Shown here: one piece after another, positions 20,993 to 31,002 of the stretch | Layout: the number at the start of each line of letters is the position of its first letter | Numbering within the stretch: position 1 is the first letter of the stretch | Assembly: GCA_024650005.2 (NCBI GenBank) | Contig: CP122380.1 | Location: 1,504,001 to 1,568,000 of the forward strand | DNA length: 64,000 nucleotides | Direction: 5' to 3' | Origin: Candidatus Bathyarchaeum tardum | Lineage (GTDB): Archaea; Thermoproteota; Bathyarchaeia; Bathyarchaeales; Bathyarchaeaceae | Notes under the pieces: generated by a model | Seen by the model: only the letters and a program-made list of their open reading frames with translations | The model's database searches: none | What the model was told of the DNA's origin: nothing | Position numbers and translations under genes: made by a program

Positions 20993-22510
20993 TTACAATA
21001 TTGAAGTAACAGCGTGGATTAGGTCGATAAAGATTCCCGGATAAATACCAAGCAACACAACAAATGCTGCCAATGCAACCATCGAAATTGTAATCCAGAT
21101 TTTTGGGTCTTGGGTTTTATTCTTGTTTTCATCTTCGTCCAGTTCAGCGTCAGAGTGTGCAAAGTGAATTGGTTTTTCAGGGGCTGCTAAGAATACTTTC
21201 CAGAAATACCGCAAGACATAACCAAGACTGAAAACAGTTGCAATGAGCATCAGAATAGTTGGCAAGTAATAGGATGCGTCTGCTCCAGCTGCACCAACAG
21301 CTCCAACAAAAATGTGGAACTCGCTTATGAAACAGGCAAACGGAGGAATGCCCCCGATGCTAAAAGCAGCAATTGCAGAACATATGGCAGTTATGGGCAT
21401 CTTTGATGCTAAACCGCCCATTTCTTTGATGTTACGTACACCTGTTTGATGCATTACTGCACCTGCAGTTAAGAACAAAAGGCCTTTGCTTGCAGAGTGG
21501 TTAACTAAATGGAGTACACCTCCAGTGATTCCTTCAGTATTAGGAAACAAAGATAAAGCAAACAAGGTGTAGCCCATGTGGCTAATGCTTGAGTATGCGA
21601 TTATTCGTTTGATGTCTGTTTCTGCAATAGCAAGGAAAGACCCATAAAACGCGGATATAACTCCAAAGAAACTCAGCACAAGCAAGATTTGGTTTCCTGC
21701 GTTAGGTATGGCTGTGTAAACTGTTCCAAGAGCTATTCTTAGAATTGCGTATCCTCCAGCACCTATTATTACTCCACTGAGAAGGGCAGACATGGGTGCG
21801 GGAGCTTCACCGTGGGCGTCAGGAAGCCACATATGAAGGGGAACAATGGCCATTTTTACTGCGAATCCTGCAATAAAGGAAATTAGAATCCAAGTTAGAA
21901 TTGCAGGGTCTTTTGAAGCAAGTAAGACTTGTGCTTCAAATATGTCAAGGGTGCCAGTTAGCATGTAGATGGCGCCGATGCCCAGAAGTACGAAGATTGC
22001 TCCAGCATGTGTAAATATGAAGAATTTGAAGGCTGTTTTGAAAGAGTCCCTGTAGCCCCATCCTCCGATGATGAAGTACGTAGGAACAAGCATGAGTTCC
22101 CAACAGAAATAGAAGAGCAACAGGTTAGAGGTAATGAAAACTCCAATCAGTCCGATAGTAAGCAAACTTAGTAACGCGTAATATTGTGGAAGCGAGCTTT
22201 TTTCTTCCATGTAATTAATTGAGTAAATTACACAGGCTGCAACAAGTATCAATGTTGCAATGGTTAAAGACAAACTGATACCGTCAACAAAAAGCGTGAA
22301 ATCTGAACCTAATGTGGGAATCCAAGTGTAAGATTCAACGTATGCACCTTCGTCAAGAACAGTCGGTACTAAAGTTAAAAGCATCGACAAGCTAGCTATT
22401 GAAATTAAAGCTAAGAAAAGTGCACCAATTTTTGCAGATTTTTTACCAATGCCAAATACTACTGGAATAGCCAGAGCAGGCAAGATCAAAGCGATTAATA
22501 GTGTTTGCAT
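20993..22510 (-). CDS. nuoM: antiporter-like subunit M
   Basis: WELMLVP, PLHMWLPDAHGEAP, KRIIAYSSISHMG. Confidence 0.9.
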   Translation of the reverse strand: MQTLLIALILPALAIPVVFGIGKKSAKIGALFLALISIASLSMLLTLVPTVLDEGAYVESYTWIPTLGSDFTLFVDGISLSLTIATLILVAACVIYSINYMEEKSSLPQYYALLSLLTIGLIGVFITSNLLLFYFCWELMLVPTYFIIGGWGYRDSFKTAFKFFIFTHAGAIFVLLGIGAIYMLTGTLDIFEAQVLLASKDPAILTWILISFIAGFAVKMAIVPLHMWLPDAHGEAPAPMSALLSGVIIGAGGYAILRIALGTVYTAIPNAGNQILLVLSFFGVISAFYGSFLAIAETDIKRIIAYSSISHMGYTLFALSLFPNTEGITGGVLHLVNHSASKGLLFLTAGAVMHQTGVRNIKEMGGLASKMPITAICSAIAAFSIGGIPPFACFISEFHIFVGAVGAAGADASYYLPTILMLIATVFSLGYVLRYFWKVFLAAPEKPIHFAHSDAELDEDENKNKTQDPKIWITISMVALAAFVVLLGIYPGIFIDLIHAVTSIL

Positions 22511-22516
22511 TTTGTT

Positions 22517-24625
22517 TTACCTCAAAGATGTAAATAATAACAATATTACGATTATGATGAACCCAATTGCAGCTGCCAAAACAAAGTCTGGTAGGTGTCC
22601 TCGATGAATTTTCTTTAGTTTCTCGCCTTGTTTGACGGTGGTTCCAGCAAACAGATAGACCATTTTATTTAGGAAAGTGTCAATTGTTTCGTGGGTTACT
22701 CGGGCTGTTTTTACTGTTCCACCTGCTAGAATGTAACAGAAACGGTCAAGGAAAGCATCAAGATTTTCAAGAGTTTTATTAGCAATAACCACAGCAACCC
22801 CTGCAATAATGTACACGAACCTATCAAGGAAAGATTCAACATAGTTCAAGGTGCCAAGGACGAGTTTTGAAGCTACACCTGCAACAGCATATGGAAATTT
22901 TTGTATTGCAGCTGTTTCAACAAATTTGAACATGAAATGTGACAACCCCATTATTCCATTCAATATTTTATTGTAAACGGCATCAAAATAGTAACCATTA
23001 GATGTAACCAGATAAAATGGATGGTTTAAAAGACTTCTTGAGAAAATCAACGAAGTTGAGCGCCGTTTGTAGTAAAGATAGTAAGCTGTAGGAATTGCAA
23101 TCGCAAGAATAACTGCTGAAGTTTCGCTAGCCAAAAGCACTCCGGTTGTTGAAATTTCTGCATGTATTTGCAGATAGTGTTCAAGGGGTGCTTTGAAAAA
23201 GCCCATAATACATGAAGCAGCAGCCAATATGATGAGGGGCACATAGATTATTGGTTTTGGATCATGAAAGTGGTGGTCAGCTAGAAATTCAGAGCGTTTT
23301 CCAAGGAAAACTTTGCAGATCCAGCGTATGCTGTAGATTGCTGTTAGTAAAGATGTTCCAAAGATTAGTATGAACAAAGGAATGTTGTTGGCTTGAATTA
23401 TGGCTTCAAAGATTGTGTCTTTACTCCAGAAGCCACTGAAAGGTGGAATTCCTGCAAGTGAGAAGGCTCCAATAACGCTTACGATGAAGGTTATAGGCAT
23501 TGCTTTTCGTAGTCCACCTAAATGGTTCAGTTCAAGGGTGTGAGTGGCGTGCATTACAACACCGGCACAAAGGAACAAAAGTGATTTGAAAAGGGCGTGA
23601 CTAATTACGTGGAATTGGCTCGCGAACCATCCAAGTTCGGTCCCAATTCCCAGAGCGGACATTATCATACCCAGTTGGCTTATGGTTGAAAATGCCAAAA
23701 CTCGTTTCATGTCTGAGCTGGTTAAAGCCATTGTTGCTGCAAGAAATGCTGTGATTCCTCCAACATATGTGATGGTTGTTAACCATGGCGTAACAAATGA
23801 GAACAGAATGTAGATTCTTGCCACAAGATAGATTCCGGCTTTTACCATTGTTGCACCATGAATTAGGGCACTTGTTGGAGTGGGTCCTTCCATGGCGTTT
23901 GGCAACCACACATGCAATGGAACTTGGGCAGATTTGCCGACCGCTCCAATCAACATTAAAATGGATATTGCTAATGCAGGAACTGATACTTGTCCGGCAA
24001 GTATTAGTTCTTTTATTTCAAGGAAGTTGAAAGTGCCCGTGTTTACGTATAGTATCAGTATTCCGAGTAACAGAAAGATATCTCCGACACGAGTTACAAT
24101 GAATGCTTTCATGCCAGCTTTTGCGGCTTCTGTTCTGTTGTACCAGAATCCAATAAGGGAGTATGAACAGAGTCCAACGGTTTCCCAGAAGAAATACATC
24201 TGCAAGAGGTTGTTAGCCATTACTAAACCAAGCATTCCTCCGATGAAAAGGAGCATGAAGAAAAAGAATCGGGGTGTTGCTTTTTCTTTTTCCATGTAGT
24301 TTACTGAGTAAATCATGATCAGCAAACCAATACAGGCTGCGATGTTTGCCATCATAGTGCTTAAAGGATCGATAAGAACGCTAGCGTCAATGCCCATGGC
24401 AGGCATCCAAGGTATAGAAAACACCTCGGCTTCACCATGACCATTCAGAACGCCAGAGAGTAATGACAGGGTATTTATTACTGAAATCGCAGTTACAAAA
24501 ACTGCGTACCATCCAACCCATTTTCGGCGAAGTTTAGCAACTAAAGGTACAAACAGTGCAGCAAGAAAAGGAATTCCCCAACATAACCATGCAGCGTACT
24601 CTACAGGAACAAACACGTTAAGCAT
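22517..24625 (-). CDS. nuoL: antiporter-like subunit L with extended lateral helix
   Basis: TRVGD, GKSAQVPLHVWLPNAMEGPTP, FSTISQLG, GFWSKD. Confidence 0.93.
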   Translation of the reverse strand: MLNVFVPVEYAAWLCWGIPFLAALFVPLVAKLRRKWVGWYAVFVTAISVINTLSLLSGVLNGHGEAEVFSIPWMPAMGIDASVLIDPLSTMMANIAACIGLLIMIYSVNYMEKEKATPRFFFFMLLFIGGMLGLVMANNLLQMYFFWETVGLCSYSLIGFWYNRTEAAKAGMKAFIVTRVGDIFLLLGILILYVNTGTFNFLEIKELILAGQVSVPALAISILMLIGAVGKSAQVPLHVWLPNAMEGPTPTSALIHGATMVKAGIYLVARIYILFSFVTPWLTTITYVGGITAFLAATMALTSSDMKRVLAFSTISQLGMIMSALGIGTELGWFASQFHVISHALFKSLLFLCAGVVMHATHTLELNHLGGLRKAMPITFIVSVIGAFSLAGIPPFSGFWSKDTIFEAIIQANNIPLFILIFGTSLLTAIYSIRWICKVFLGKRSEFLADHHFHDPKPIIYVPLIILAAASCIMGFFKAPLEHYLQIHAEISTTGVLLASETSAVILAIAIPTAYYLYYKRRSTSLIFSRSLLNHPFYLVTSNGYYFDAVYNKILNGIMGLSHFMFKFVETAAIQKFPYAVAGVASKLVLGTLNYVESFLDRFVYIIAGVAVVIANKTLENLDAFLDRFCYILAGGTVKTARVTHETIDTFLNKMVYLFAGTTVKQGEKLKKIHRGHLPDFVLAAAIGFIIIVILLLFTSLR
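22590..22909 (-). repeat. 26-aa (78-bp) tandem protein repeat x4 in the NuoL HL helix
   Basis: AIQKFPYAVAG / FLDRFVYIIAG / FLDRFCYILAG / FLNKMVYLFAG start at 22909, 22831, 22753 and 22675, exactly 78 bp apart. Confidence 0.85.
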
Positions 24626-24950
24626 CCTCCTTTACTTGTTGTTTGTTTTGTTCCGTTTCTTCATCATTTGCTTCTGATAGGTCTCGAACGTTACTGATGT
24701 TTAGTTTTTTGTAAATTGTAATAGCAAGGGCAAGGGCAACTGCAGTTACGCAAGCGTCAACAGACAATGCAAGTATCAAAAAAGCTTGACCTAAAGAGTT
24801 GTCCATTAAAGAGCCGAATACAACAAAATTCATTGTTGCCGCTGCGGTAATCATTTCTATTGCAATTAGCATTTTGATTAGATCATGTTTTGTGACCAAC
24901 CCGATTATTCCAATTGCCAGAAGAGTAACAGAAAGAATGATGTAATCCAT
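24618..24950 (-). CDS. nuoK: NuoK-like subunit
   Basis: 3 TM helices; IKMLIAIEM, GQAF. Confidence 0.85.
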   Translation of the reverse strand: MDYIILSVTLLAIGIIGLVTKHDLIKMLIAIEMITAAATMNFVVFGSLMDNSLGQAFLILALSVDACVTAVALALAITIYKKLNISNVRDLSEANDEETEQNKQQVKEDA

Positions 24951-25415
24951 CTATTTTTTCCTCCGTTCTTCGCGCAGCAGGAGAATTACACCAATTGCAG
25001 CAGTTAGTACAACTAAACCTTGAGCAAGAACGTCAATACCCCTCAAGTCCCAGATTGTTTGGGATAAAGAAATCTCCATTGATTGGATGGAAAAGTCTGT
25101 TTCCACGGTTCCAATAAGCATTGGAACACAAAGAACCAAAGAGGCAATTATCGCCAAAAACTTAGTTTTCAGGGATGTTTTTGCATCACGTTCAGTCGTT
25201 AAAGTATCACCAGCCAACAAGAAAATTGCGGCAGTTCCTGTGCCCAGTGCCAATTGGAAAATTGCAGCAAGGGGTGCATTTAAGTTGAAGTATAACAGGG
25301 CAAGTAAAAGCATCAGTGTGCTTAAGGACAAAACTGAAGCAATTGTTTCTTTAAGGTAAATCGCGAAAACTGCGGAAGTTATAATGCCAATAGCGAGAAA
25401 TGTTTCAAACAACAT
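24951..25415 (-). CDS. nuoJ: NuoJ-like subunit
   Basis: TM-rich; LNAPLAAIFQL, WDLRGIDVLAQ; lies between I and K. Confidence 0.75.
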   Translation of the reverse strand: MLFETFLAIGIITSAVFAIYLKETIASVLSLSTLMLLLALLYFNLNAPLAAIFQLALGTGTAAIFLLAGDTLTTERDAKTSLKTKFLAIIASLVLCVPMLIGTVETDFSIQSMEISLSQTIWDLRGIDVLAQGLVVLTAAIGVILLLREERRKK

Positions 25416-25837
25416 TATTTTGTTCCCCCTTGTGATGCAGGTTTTCGTGCAGGCAAAAATTCTTCTGGATTTACTAACATGTCTTTTGTTTCTGTGGTTG
25501 ACATCTCATAATTTGTAGATAGTTCTATTGCAGTTCTTGGGCAAGTTTCTGCACATTGGTAACAGAATATGCAACGATCAAGGAAAAATTTTGGCATCCG
25601 TTTTCCAGAAACTTCTACAAGCTCGATAGCTTTTGCAGGGCAGTCGCGTTCACATAGACCACAACTGATGCATTTTATTGGGTCAAAGGTGTGTCGACCA
25701 CGGTATCCTTCAGGTGCTTGTACGGAGACAAATGGATACTCACGAGTAAAGGGCTTCTTGAAGAGACACGAGCCCATGTCTTTTATCAACGCTGGAAATC
25801 TTCGTTTTTTTGGCACAGCTTTTCCTCCGTTAACCAA
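25415..25837 (-). CDS. nuoI: NuoI-like 2x[4Fe-4S] subunit
   Basis: CISCGLCERDCP and CIFCYQCAETCP. Confidence 0.9.
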   Translation of the reverse strand: MVNGGKAVPKKRRFPALIKDMGSCLFKKPFTREYPFVSVQAPEGYRGRHTFDPIKCISCGLCERDCPAKAIELVEVSGKRMPKFFLDRCIFCYQCAETCPRTAIELSTNYEMSTTETKDMLVNPEEFLPARKPASQGGTK

Positions 25838-26822
25838 TCACCGACCGCAATAAGGGTTCAACGATTACAGTAAGAGCAAGGGAAAGAATCGACAATGGAA
25901 TCAACATTTGCCAATTCCCATGAACAACCTGATCGATACGCAACCGAGCGGAAACATTACCGACATACTCAAGAACAAAAACCACACCTAAGGTTTTTAC
26001 CATAAACCAGAAAGCATACCAAATTTCAGGAGGACCAAAAAAGATGGGTCCATGTGCGCCACCTAAGAACAACATAGTTACAAGAGAAGCGCCAATCAGA
26101 AACTGGAAATCTTCTGCAAGTTTTATGAAAGCAAGTTTTCTTCCACTGTATTCAGTTTCATAACCACCGACTATTTCAGTTTCTGCATGCGGTATATCAA
26201 AGGGGTCTTTTTCTAGTTCAGCTTGTAAAACAATAATGAATAATACACAACACCACGGTGCTAAAATAAGATAAGGAATGGGCTGATTTGCAGCGATCGT
26301 AGTGAGTGACAAACTTTTGGCCAGATAAGCAGGACCAGTTGCAAGAAGAATAAGAGGAATGTCATAACCAAGGAATTGGGTTAAAACTCGGGTTGCACCT
26401 ATTCCGCTGTAAGGGTTTAATGAAGACCAGCCAGAAAGAAAAAGTGCAAAGTTAGCAAGAGTCAATAAAAGCAAAACTAAAAGTAAATCCCCTTCAAAAT
26501 TTGAACCCAAAATGACGTTTGAACCATCAATTGGAATAAAGAAAATGGCAAACACATACAATGAAAAGGCAAGAAGGGGGGCTATGATGAATAATGTTTT
26601 GTTGGTTTGCTTTGGAGTGATGTCTTCTTTTGAAAACAATTTGATATAGTCAGCAATAGGTTGAAGAATTCCAAAGGGACCTGCATAGGTTGGACCCATA
26701 CGGTTCTGGAATCTTGCAGTTATTTTTCTTTCGAACCAGTCAAAGAAGAGCACAAGAATCAACAGAAAAAGGAAACCTGGAAATACCAGAATCCTTAGGA
26801 GAAAAACTAGATCAAGTGCCAA
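25830..26822 (-). CDS. nuoH: NuoH-like membrane subunit
   Basis: ERKITARFQNRMGP, QPIADYIKL, PFDIPHAETEIVGGYETEYSG. Confidence 0.92.
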   Translation of the reverse strand: MALDLVFLLRILVFPGFLFLLILVLFFDWFERKITARFQNRMGPTYAGPFGILQPIADYIKLFSKEDITPKQTNKTLFIIAPLLAFSLYVFAIFFIPIDGSNVILGSNFEGDLLLVLLLLTLANFALFLSGWSSLNPYSGIGATRVLTQFLGYDIPLILLATGPAYLAKSLSLTTIAANQPIPYLILAPWCCVLFIIVLQAELEKDPFDIPHAETEIVGGYETEYSGRKLAFIKLAEDFQFLIGASLVTMLFLGGAHGPIFFGPPEIWYAFWFMVKTLGVVFVLEYVGNVSARLRIDQVVHGNWQMLIPLSILSLALTVIVEPLLRSVIG

Positions 26823-28496
26823 CTAGATAAGCACCTTCCTGTTTTTTTGGTTGTTGACCTCGTCTAGGCTCCAGTGCCACTTTTGGTCAGAGTTAAGCTG
26901 AATAAATGCCATACGGTCAGTACAAGAAAAGCAGGGGTCCAAACTGCCCATAACCGAAGGAATGTCAGCAACGAATCCCCCTTTTATTGCATCTGGAAAT
27001 GCCATCAGGTTTGCCAATGTAGGTGCTCTGACTTTAACTCGGTATGGGTATGCGCTTCCGTCACTTTTAACGTAATGAATAAGTTCACCGCGAGGGGCTT
27101 CAACACGGCTAACTGCTTCCCCTTCAGGTATTTTTCGTTGAACTCTTACCCTTATTTTTCCTTCAGGAAGGTTATCAAGGGCATATTCTACTATGTTTAT
27201 ACTTTCCAGCACTTCGTCCGCTCTGACCATGAGTCGAGCCCACGTGTCACATTCATTATAGCTTATTACATTGAAAGGAATTTCGCCATATGCAGCATAG
27301 GGGTCATCTTTTCGGACATCAGACGCAACACCCGAAGCCCTCAAAACAGGACCAACCACACAAAGTTTCAAAGCGTCTTTTCTACTTAAGACACCAACTC
27401 CTTCGGTTCTCATTCGCAGGGTTGCATCTTCTTCGAATACTTTCTTGTAGAAATCTGCTCTTTTTCTTACGTCTTTAAGGGTTTTTAGGGTCTTTTCGAT
27501 TGTGCTTGGGGCAATGTCTCGTCTTACGCCACCAATGGTGTTGAATCCACTCATCAAACGGTTTCCAGTTATTCGTTCAACAATATCCATTACTGGTTCA
27601 CGGTCCCTCCAAACATGCTGGAATAATGATTCAAAACCCAGCAAGTGACCAGCAACCCCAAGTAACAACAAGTGGCTGTGAATACGGTTTAGTTCATGTA
27701 TAATTGTACGGTAATACTGTGCACGGGGTGGAGTTTCAACGTTTGCTATGTCTTCAACTGCTTGACAGAACACAGTAGTATGAGCAGCATTGCAAATACC
27801 ACAAATCCTTTCCACCAAGTACACATCTTGGAAATACATCATAGTTTCCGCAGCTTTTTCGATGCCGCGATGAACATATCCAAGACGGGCATCAACATCA
27901 ACGACTCGTTCACCATCAAGGGTGAAAGAAAAACGTTCAGGTTCATGTAAAACAGGATGCTGAGGACCCACAATAACATTAACTAATGATTCAGAAGCCC
28001 CACTTACTGATTTTGGTTTTGGCGCTTCTTCAGAAACAAAAATGTCCTCTTGGTTTTCCGGTGCTTTCCAATCTCTTCGAAGCGGATAATTGCCTTTAGG
28101 CCAACTTTCTGGAAGCAATAAGCGCTCCATGTTAGGATGCCCCTCAAAAGTTACGCCTAACAAGTCGTAGACTTCACGCTCATACAAGTTAGCTCCAGGA
28201 ATAAGGTCACAAATCGATTTCGTAACAGGTTTTATTTTTGGAACACGAATTTTCAGAGTAACGGTTCCGCCACAAATCATGTGATAATTTAATTCAATTT
28301 CGTTGCCTAAATCAGTTCCAGTTATTGTGGAAATTATTGTATCTTCAACCTGTTTTAGAAGCAAAGAAATTGCATCTCGGTGTTTTTCAGGTTTAAGAAA
28401 AACGTAAGCTTTCCTTGACCTAGGGACCTTTAACTCGACAATCGAATTGGCCAAATTATTTTTTAAAAGTTCTACAGCTTTGTCAAATTGTCCCAT
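26823..28496 (-). CDS. group 4 [NiFe]-hydrogenase large subunit (NuoC-NuoD fusion)
   Basis: NuoC part with EREVYDLLGVTFEGHP; GPQHP; L1 ERICGICNAAH and L2 DPCFSCTDR NiFe ligands. Confidence 0.92.
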   Translation of the reverse strand: MGQFDKAVELLKNNLANSIVELKVPRSRKAYVFLKPEKHRDAISLLLKQVEDTIISTITGTDLGNEIELNYHMICGGTVTLKIRVPKIKPVTKSICDLIPGANLYEREVYDLLGVTFEGHPNMERLLLPESWPKGNYPLRRDWKAPENQEDIFVSEEAPKPKSVSGASESLVNVIVGPQHPVLHEPERFSFTLDGERVVDVDARLGYVHRGIEKAAETMMYFQDVYLVERICGICNAAHTTVFCQAVEDIANVETPPRAQYYRTIIHELNRIHSHLLLLGVAGHLLGFESLFQHVWRDREPVMDIVERITGNRLMSGFNTIGGVRRDIAPSTIEKTLKTLKDVRKRADFYKKVFEEDATLRMRTEGVGVLSRKDALKLCVVGPVLRASGVASDVRKDDPYAAYGEIPFNVISYNECDTWARLMVRADEVLESINIVEYALDNLPEGKIRVRVQRKIPEGEAVSRVEAPRGELIHYVKSDGSAYPYRVKVRAPTLANLMAFPDAIKGGFVADIPSVMGSLDPCFSCTDRMAFIQLNSDQKWHWSLDEVNNQKNRKVLI

Positions 28497-28500
28497 GATT

Positions 28501-28914
28501 TTATCCCTTCAGTTTTTCAAGCAGTTTGGCAATGCCTTGTAAGATGGCTTCTGGTTTTGGTGGACAACCCGGGACATAAACGTCGACAGGAATTATTTGA
28601 TCTAAGTGCCCACTTATGTTGTAACAGCCTTGGAATATTCCACCAGAACAGGAACATGCACCGACGGCTACAACAAATTTGGGTGAAGGCATTTGTTCAT
28701 AAATCATTTTGAGTCGAGGCGCGCATTGTCTTGTTACAGGTCCAGTTACTATCAAAACGTCCGCATGACGTGGGGAGGGTTCAAGTTTTGCACCAAAGCG
28801 TTCCACATCATATCTTGGGGTAAGTAATGAAACAACTTCAATGTCACATCCGTTACAGGCGCCAGTGTTGAAATGAAGCAACCAAGGTGAGTTTCGTCTA
28901 GCCCATTTCAGCAA
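28501..28914 (-). CDS. hydrogenase small subunit (NuoB-like)
   Basis: GACNGCDIE, SPRHAD, VGAC, VPGCPP. Confidence 0.92.
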   Translation of the reverse strand: MLKWARRNSPWLLHFNTGACNGCDIEVVSLLTPRYDVERFGAKLEPSPRHADVLIVTGPVTRQCAPRLKMIYEQMPSPKFVVAVGACSCSGGIFQGCYNISGHLDQIIPVDVYVPGCPPKPEAILQGIAKLLEKLKG

Positions 28915-28931
28915 CCCTAGGTCGGGCGTCT

Positions 28932-29255
28932 TTAATTGCCTCCTAAAAGCAACAAGTCGGCTGCTAAGATTATTCCTAAGTAAATCAACAAGGTGAAAGG
29001 ATTGATCATTTCAAGGGCTAATGCAGCAAAGGCCAGAATCAATGCAGGTGAATCGATTATTACAAAGAATATTAAATATTTATAGAGAGTAACATTAACA
29101 AGCAATCGGGTAGAAGCAACTTTTTCTCCACATGCATACATTTCATTTTTTTCTGGGCTTTCAGGAGATTTAGGTGCCAGTAATTTGCTTGCTAAATAAA
29201 TCAATGACGCGAGGGCCAGAATGATCAGAAATGCAATAAGAGATTCGATCAGCAT
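28932..29255 (-). CDS. nuoA: NuoA-like subunit
   Basis: 3 TM helices; KNEMYACGE loop; first gene of operon. Confidence 0.85.
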   Translation of the reverse strand: MLIESLIAFLIILALASLIYLASKLLAPKSPESPEKNEMYACGEKVASTRLLVNVTLYKYLIFFVIIDSPALILAFAALALEMINPFTLLIYLGIILAADLLLLGGN

Positions 29256-29674
29256 TGTGTATATTCAACCATTCAAAGATTTTGTAAGGTATTTTCAGTA
29301 TCTAATGTTAACAAAACGTTTCCAATTGTAATATTAGTCTTCAAAGGTACTGTATTAAAACATTGTTTTGTCCCCAGTTTAGATGTAAACCAAAGTGTCA
29401 AGACAGTTATGGCGGTCACCATTGAGATTGTGAAAGACATTAAGTTTGCTTGCGTTCCTGATTACCTCCGCTTTTGGAACGGGAAGTAAAAACTTAGGAT
29501 TTAAGGGTTCCGTATAATAAAATTAAACTTGAATAATAAAATATAATAAATTAAATTAGATTAAATAAATCTGCAATTAAAGCGTGGTAAAAACATCAAC
29601 AACATTCAAAAAGAAAAACATACAAAAGACAAAGATATTCCAAATATCAAAAAGAAAAAGCATTAAAACACAAT

Positions 29675-30463
29675 CTAGTCCGAAAGAGAATCCAGTAGGC
29701 CTTTCATTGCTTTTGTGTTGTGGGGAAACTCTACTTTGATTGGTGTAACCGAAACATAATTGCCATTTTTTATGGCGTGCAAATCTGTTCCAGGGGCACC
29801 GTCAGGATAGTGGTGCAATGCCCAGCTCTTGATTTCATAACCGTCTGTGATTTCGTCATGTATATCACCATAGCCGTCATAACAAAGACTCGTTAATAGC
29901 ACGTTTTTTGGGTCAGCGTTTTCTGGAACGTTTATTGAAATAATGTCCACATCCGCAGGCATTCCAGATTCCAGCACATGCTTAGAGGCCTTGTATCCAA
30001 GATGGGCAGCTAATTCTAAGTCTTTCACGGAAAAATTGGTGTTTCCAAAGGTTTTGTCAGAGAGTTCAGACAAACAATAGGAAACAGCTATAGCAGGAAT
30101 ATTATGTATTGCAGCTTCAAAAGCAGCTCCAACAGTGCCAGAAGTAAGTAAGTCATCGATTCCAAGGTTTGGACCGATATTGATTCCCGAAACAAGCAGA
30201 TCAGGCATTTTTTTCAAAATTTTGTTAATAGCAATCAAAAATGAGTCAGCAGGAGTGCCCGTTGTTGCATATGCTGTAATACCATCACCAAGGTCAGCGT
30301 CACATATTTTGACTTGACCAATACTGATCGATTTTCCAACACCGCTTCTTTGGCATCCAGGAGTTACAACTACTACATCTCCAAGTTTTGTTAGCTGCTT
30401 TGCAAGAACTGACAAACCGATTGAGTCGACACCATCGTCATTTGTTACAAGTATTGTAGGCAA
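29675..30463 (-). CDS. surE: 5'/3'-nucleotidase SurE
   Basis: ILVTNDDG, GTPAD, SGINIGPNLG, SGTVGAA. Confidence 0.93.
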   Translation of the reverse strand: MPTILVTNDDGVDSIGLSVLAKQLTKLGDVVVVTPGCQRSGVGKSISIGQVKICDADLGDGITAYATTGTPADSFLIAINKILKKMPDLLVSGINIGPNLGIDDLLTSGTVGAAFEAAIHNIPAIAVSYCLSELSDKTFGNTNFSVKDLELAAHLGYKASKHVLESGMPADVDIISINVPENADPKNVLLTSLCYDGYGDIHDEITDGYEIKSWALHHYPDGAPGTDLHAIKNGNYVSVTPIKVEFPHNTKAMKGLLDSLSD

Positions 30464-30650
30464 TCTGTTTCCTCCGGTTGTTTTAGATACAATATCGAGT
30501 TATTTTAGGGTATTCTTAAACTGAACGTTCTTTAGTTGAAGCCCAGAAAAACAAGAAAACAGGTTATCAACATTAAAACATTAGAAAAATGATTAATTCG
30601 GATTAAATTTTCAATAAGTTTATATTGGAGCAAAGCTTTTTTCGCTCAAC

Positions 30651-30772
30651 ATGGGATGGTGGAGGGACGCAGAGAAAATACCCCTATTCTCCAGTCGCCA
30701 AGAGACCTACCCTCTCCTTGCGCGATCGAAGGCGCATACGCGCGCATGCGCCAACGCCCCCACCTCCTCTTT
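30651..30772. ncRNA. candidate GC-rich structured ncRNA of unknown family
   Basis: closing stem GGTGG/CCACC; hairpins GAGAA..TTCTC, GAGA..TCTC and GGCGCAT/ATGCGCC in an AT-rich intergenic region; TTTATA about 30 nt upstream on +. Confidence 0.5.
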
Positions 30773-31002
30773 CCTAATTTATCGAACAAAATTTGTGAAT
30801 TAACCAAATCTTCTGGCACATACCTAGGTTTAAAGAGAAATCCCAACTAACGGGAATTGAAGTGGATTGAATCTAAACAAAAACGTCTAAAAAACGAAAT
30901 GTATGTTGGAGTAACCCTACATATCAATGATAGAGAGGGTTCACAAGAAAATATTGAGGCTTTGGAGCTTACAGCCAAAAAGGAGTTTAGACAGAGGATT
31001 TG

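Noticed and set aside
2294-28712. numerous short ORFs antisense to or nested in cobN and the hydrogenase operon
   Set aside because: shadow frames of well-supported genes
29328-29358. NikR operator upstream of the hydrogenase operon (GTAATA..TATTAA)
   Set aside because: 19-nt spacer and an imperfect half-site do not fit the 6-16-6 pattern
30646-30850. short ORFs on both strands (64-66 aa)
   Set aside because: no RBS or domain features; better explained by a structured RNA
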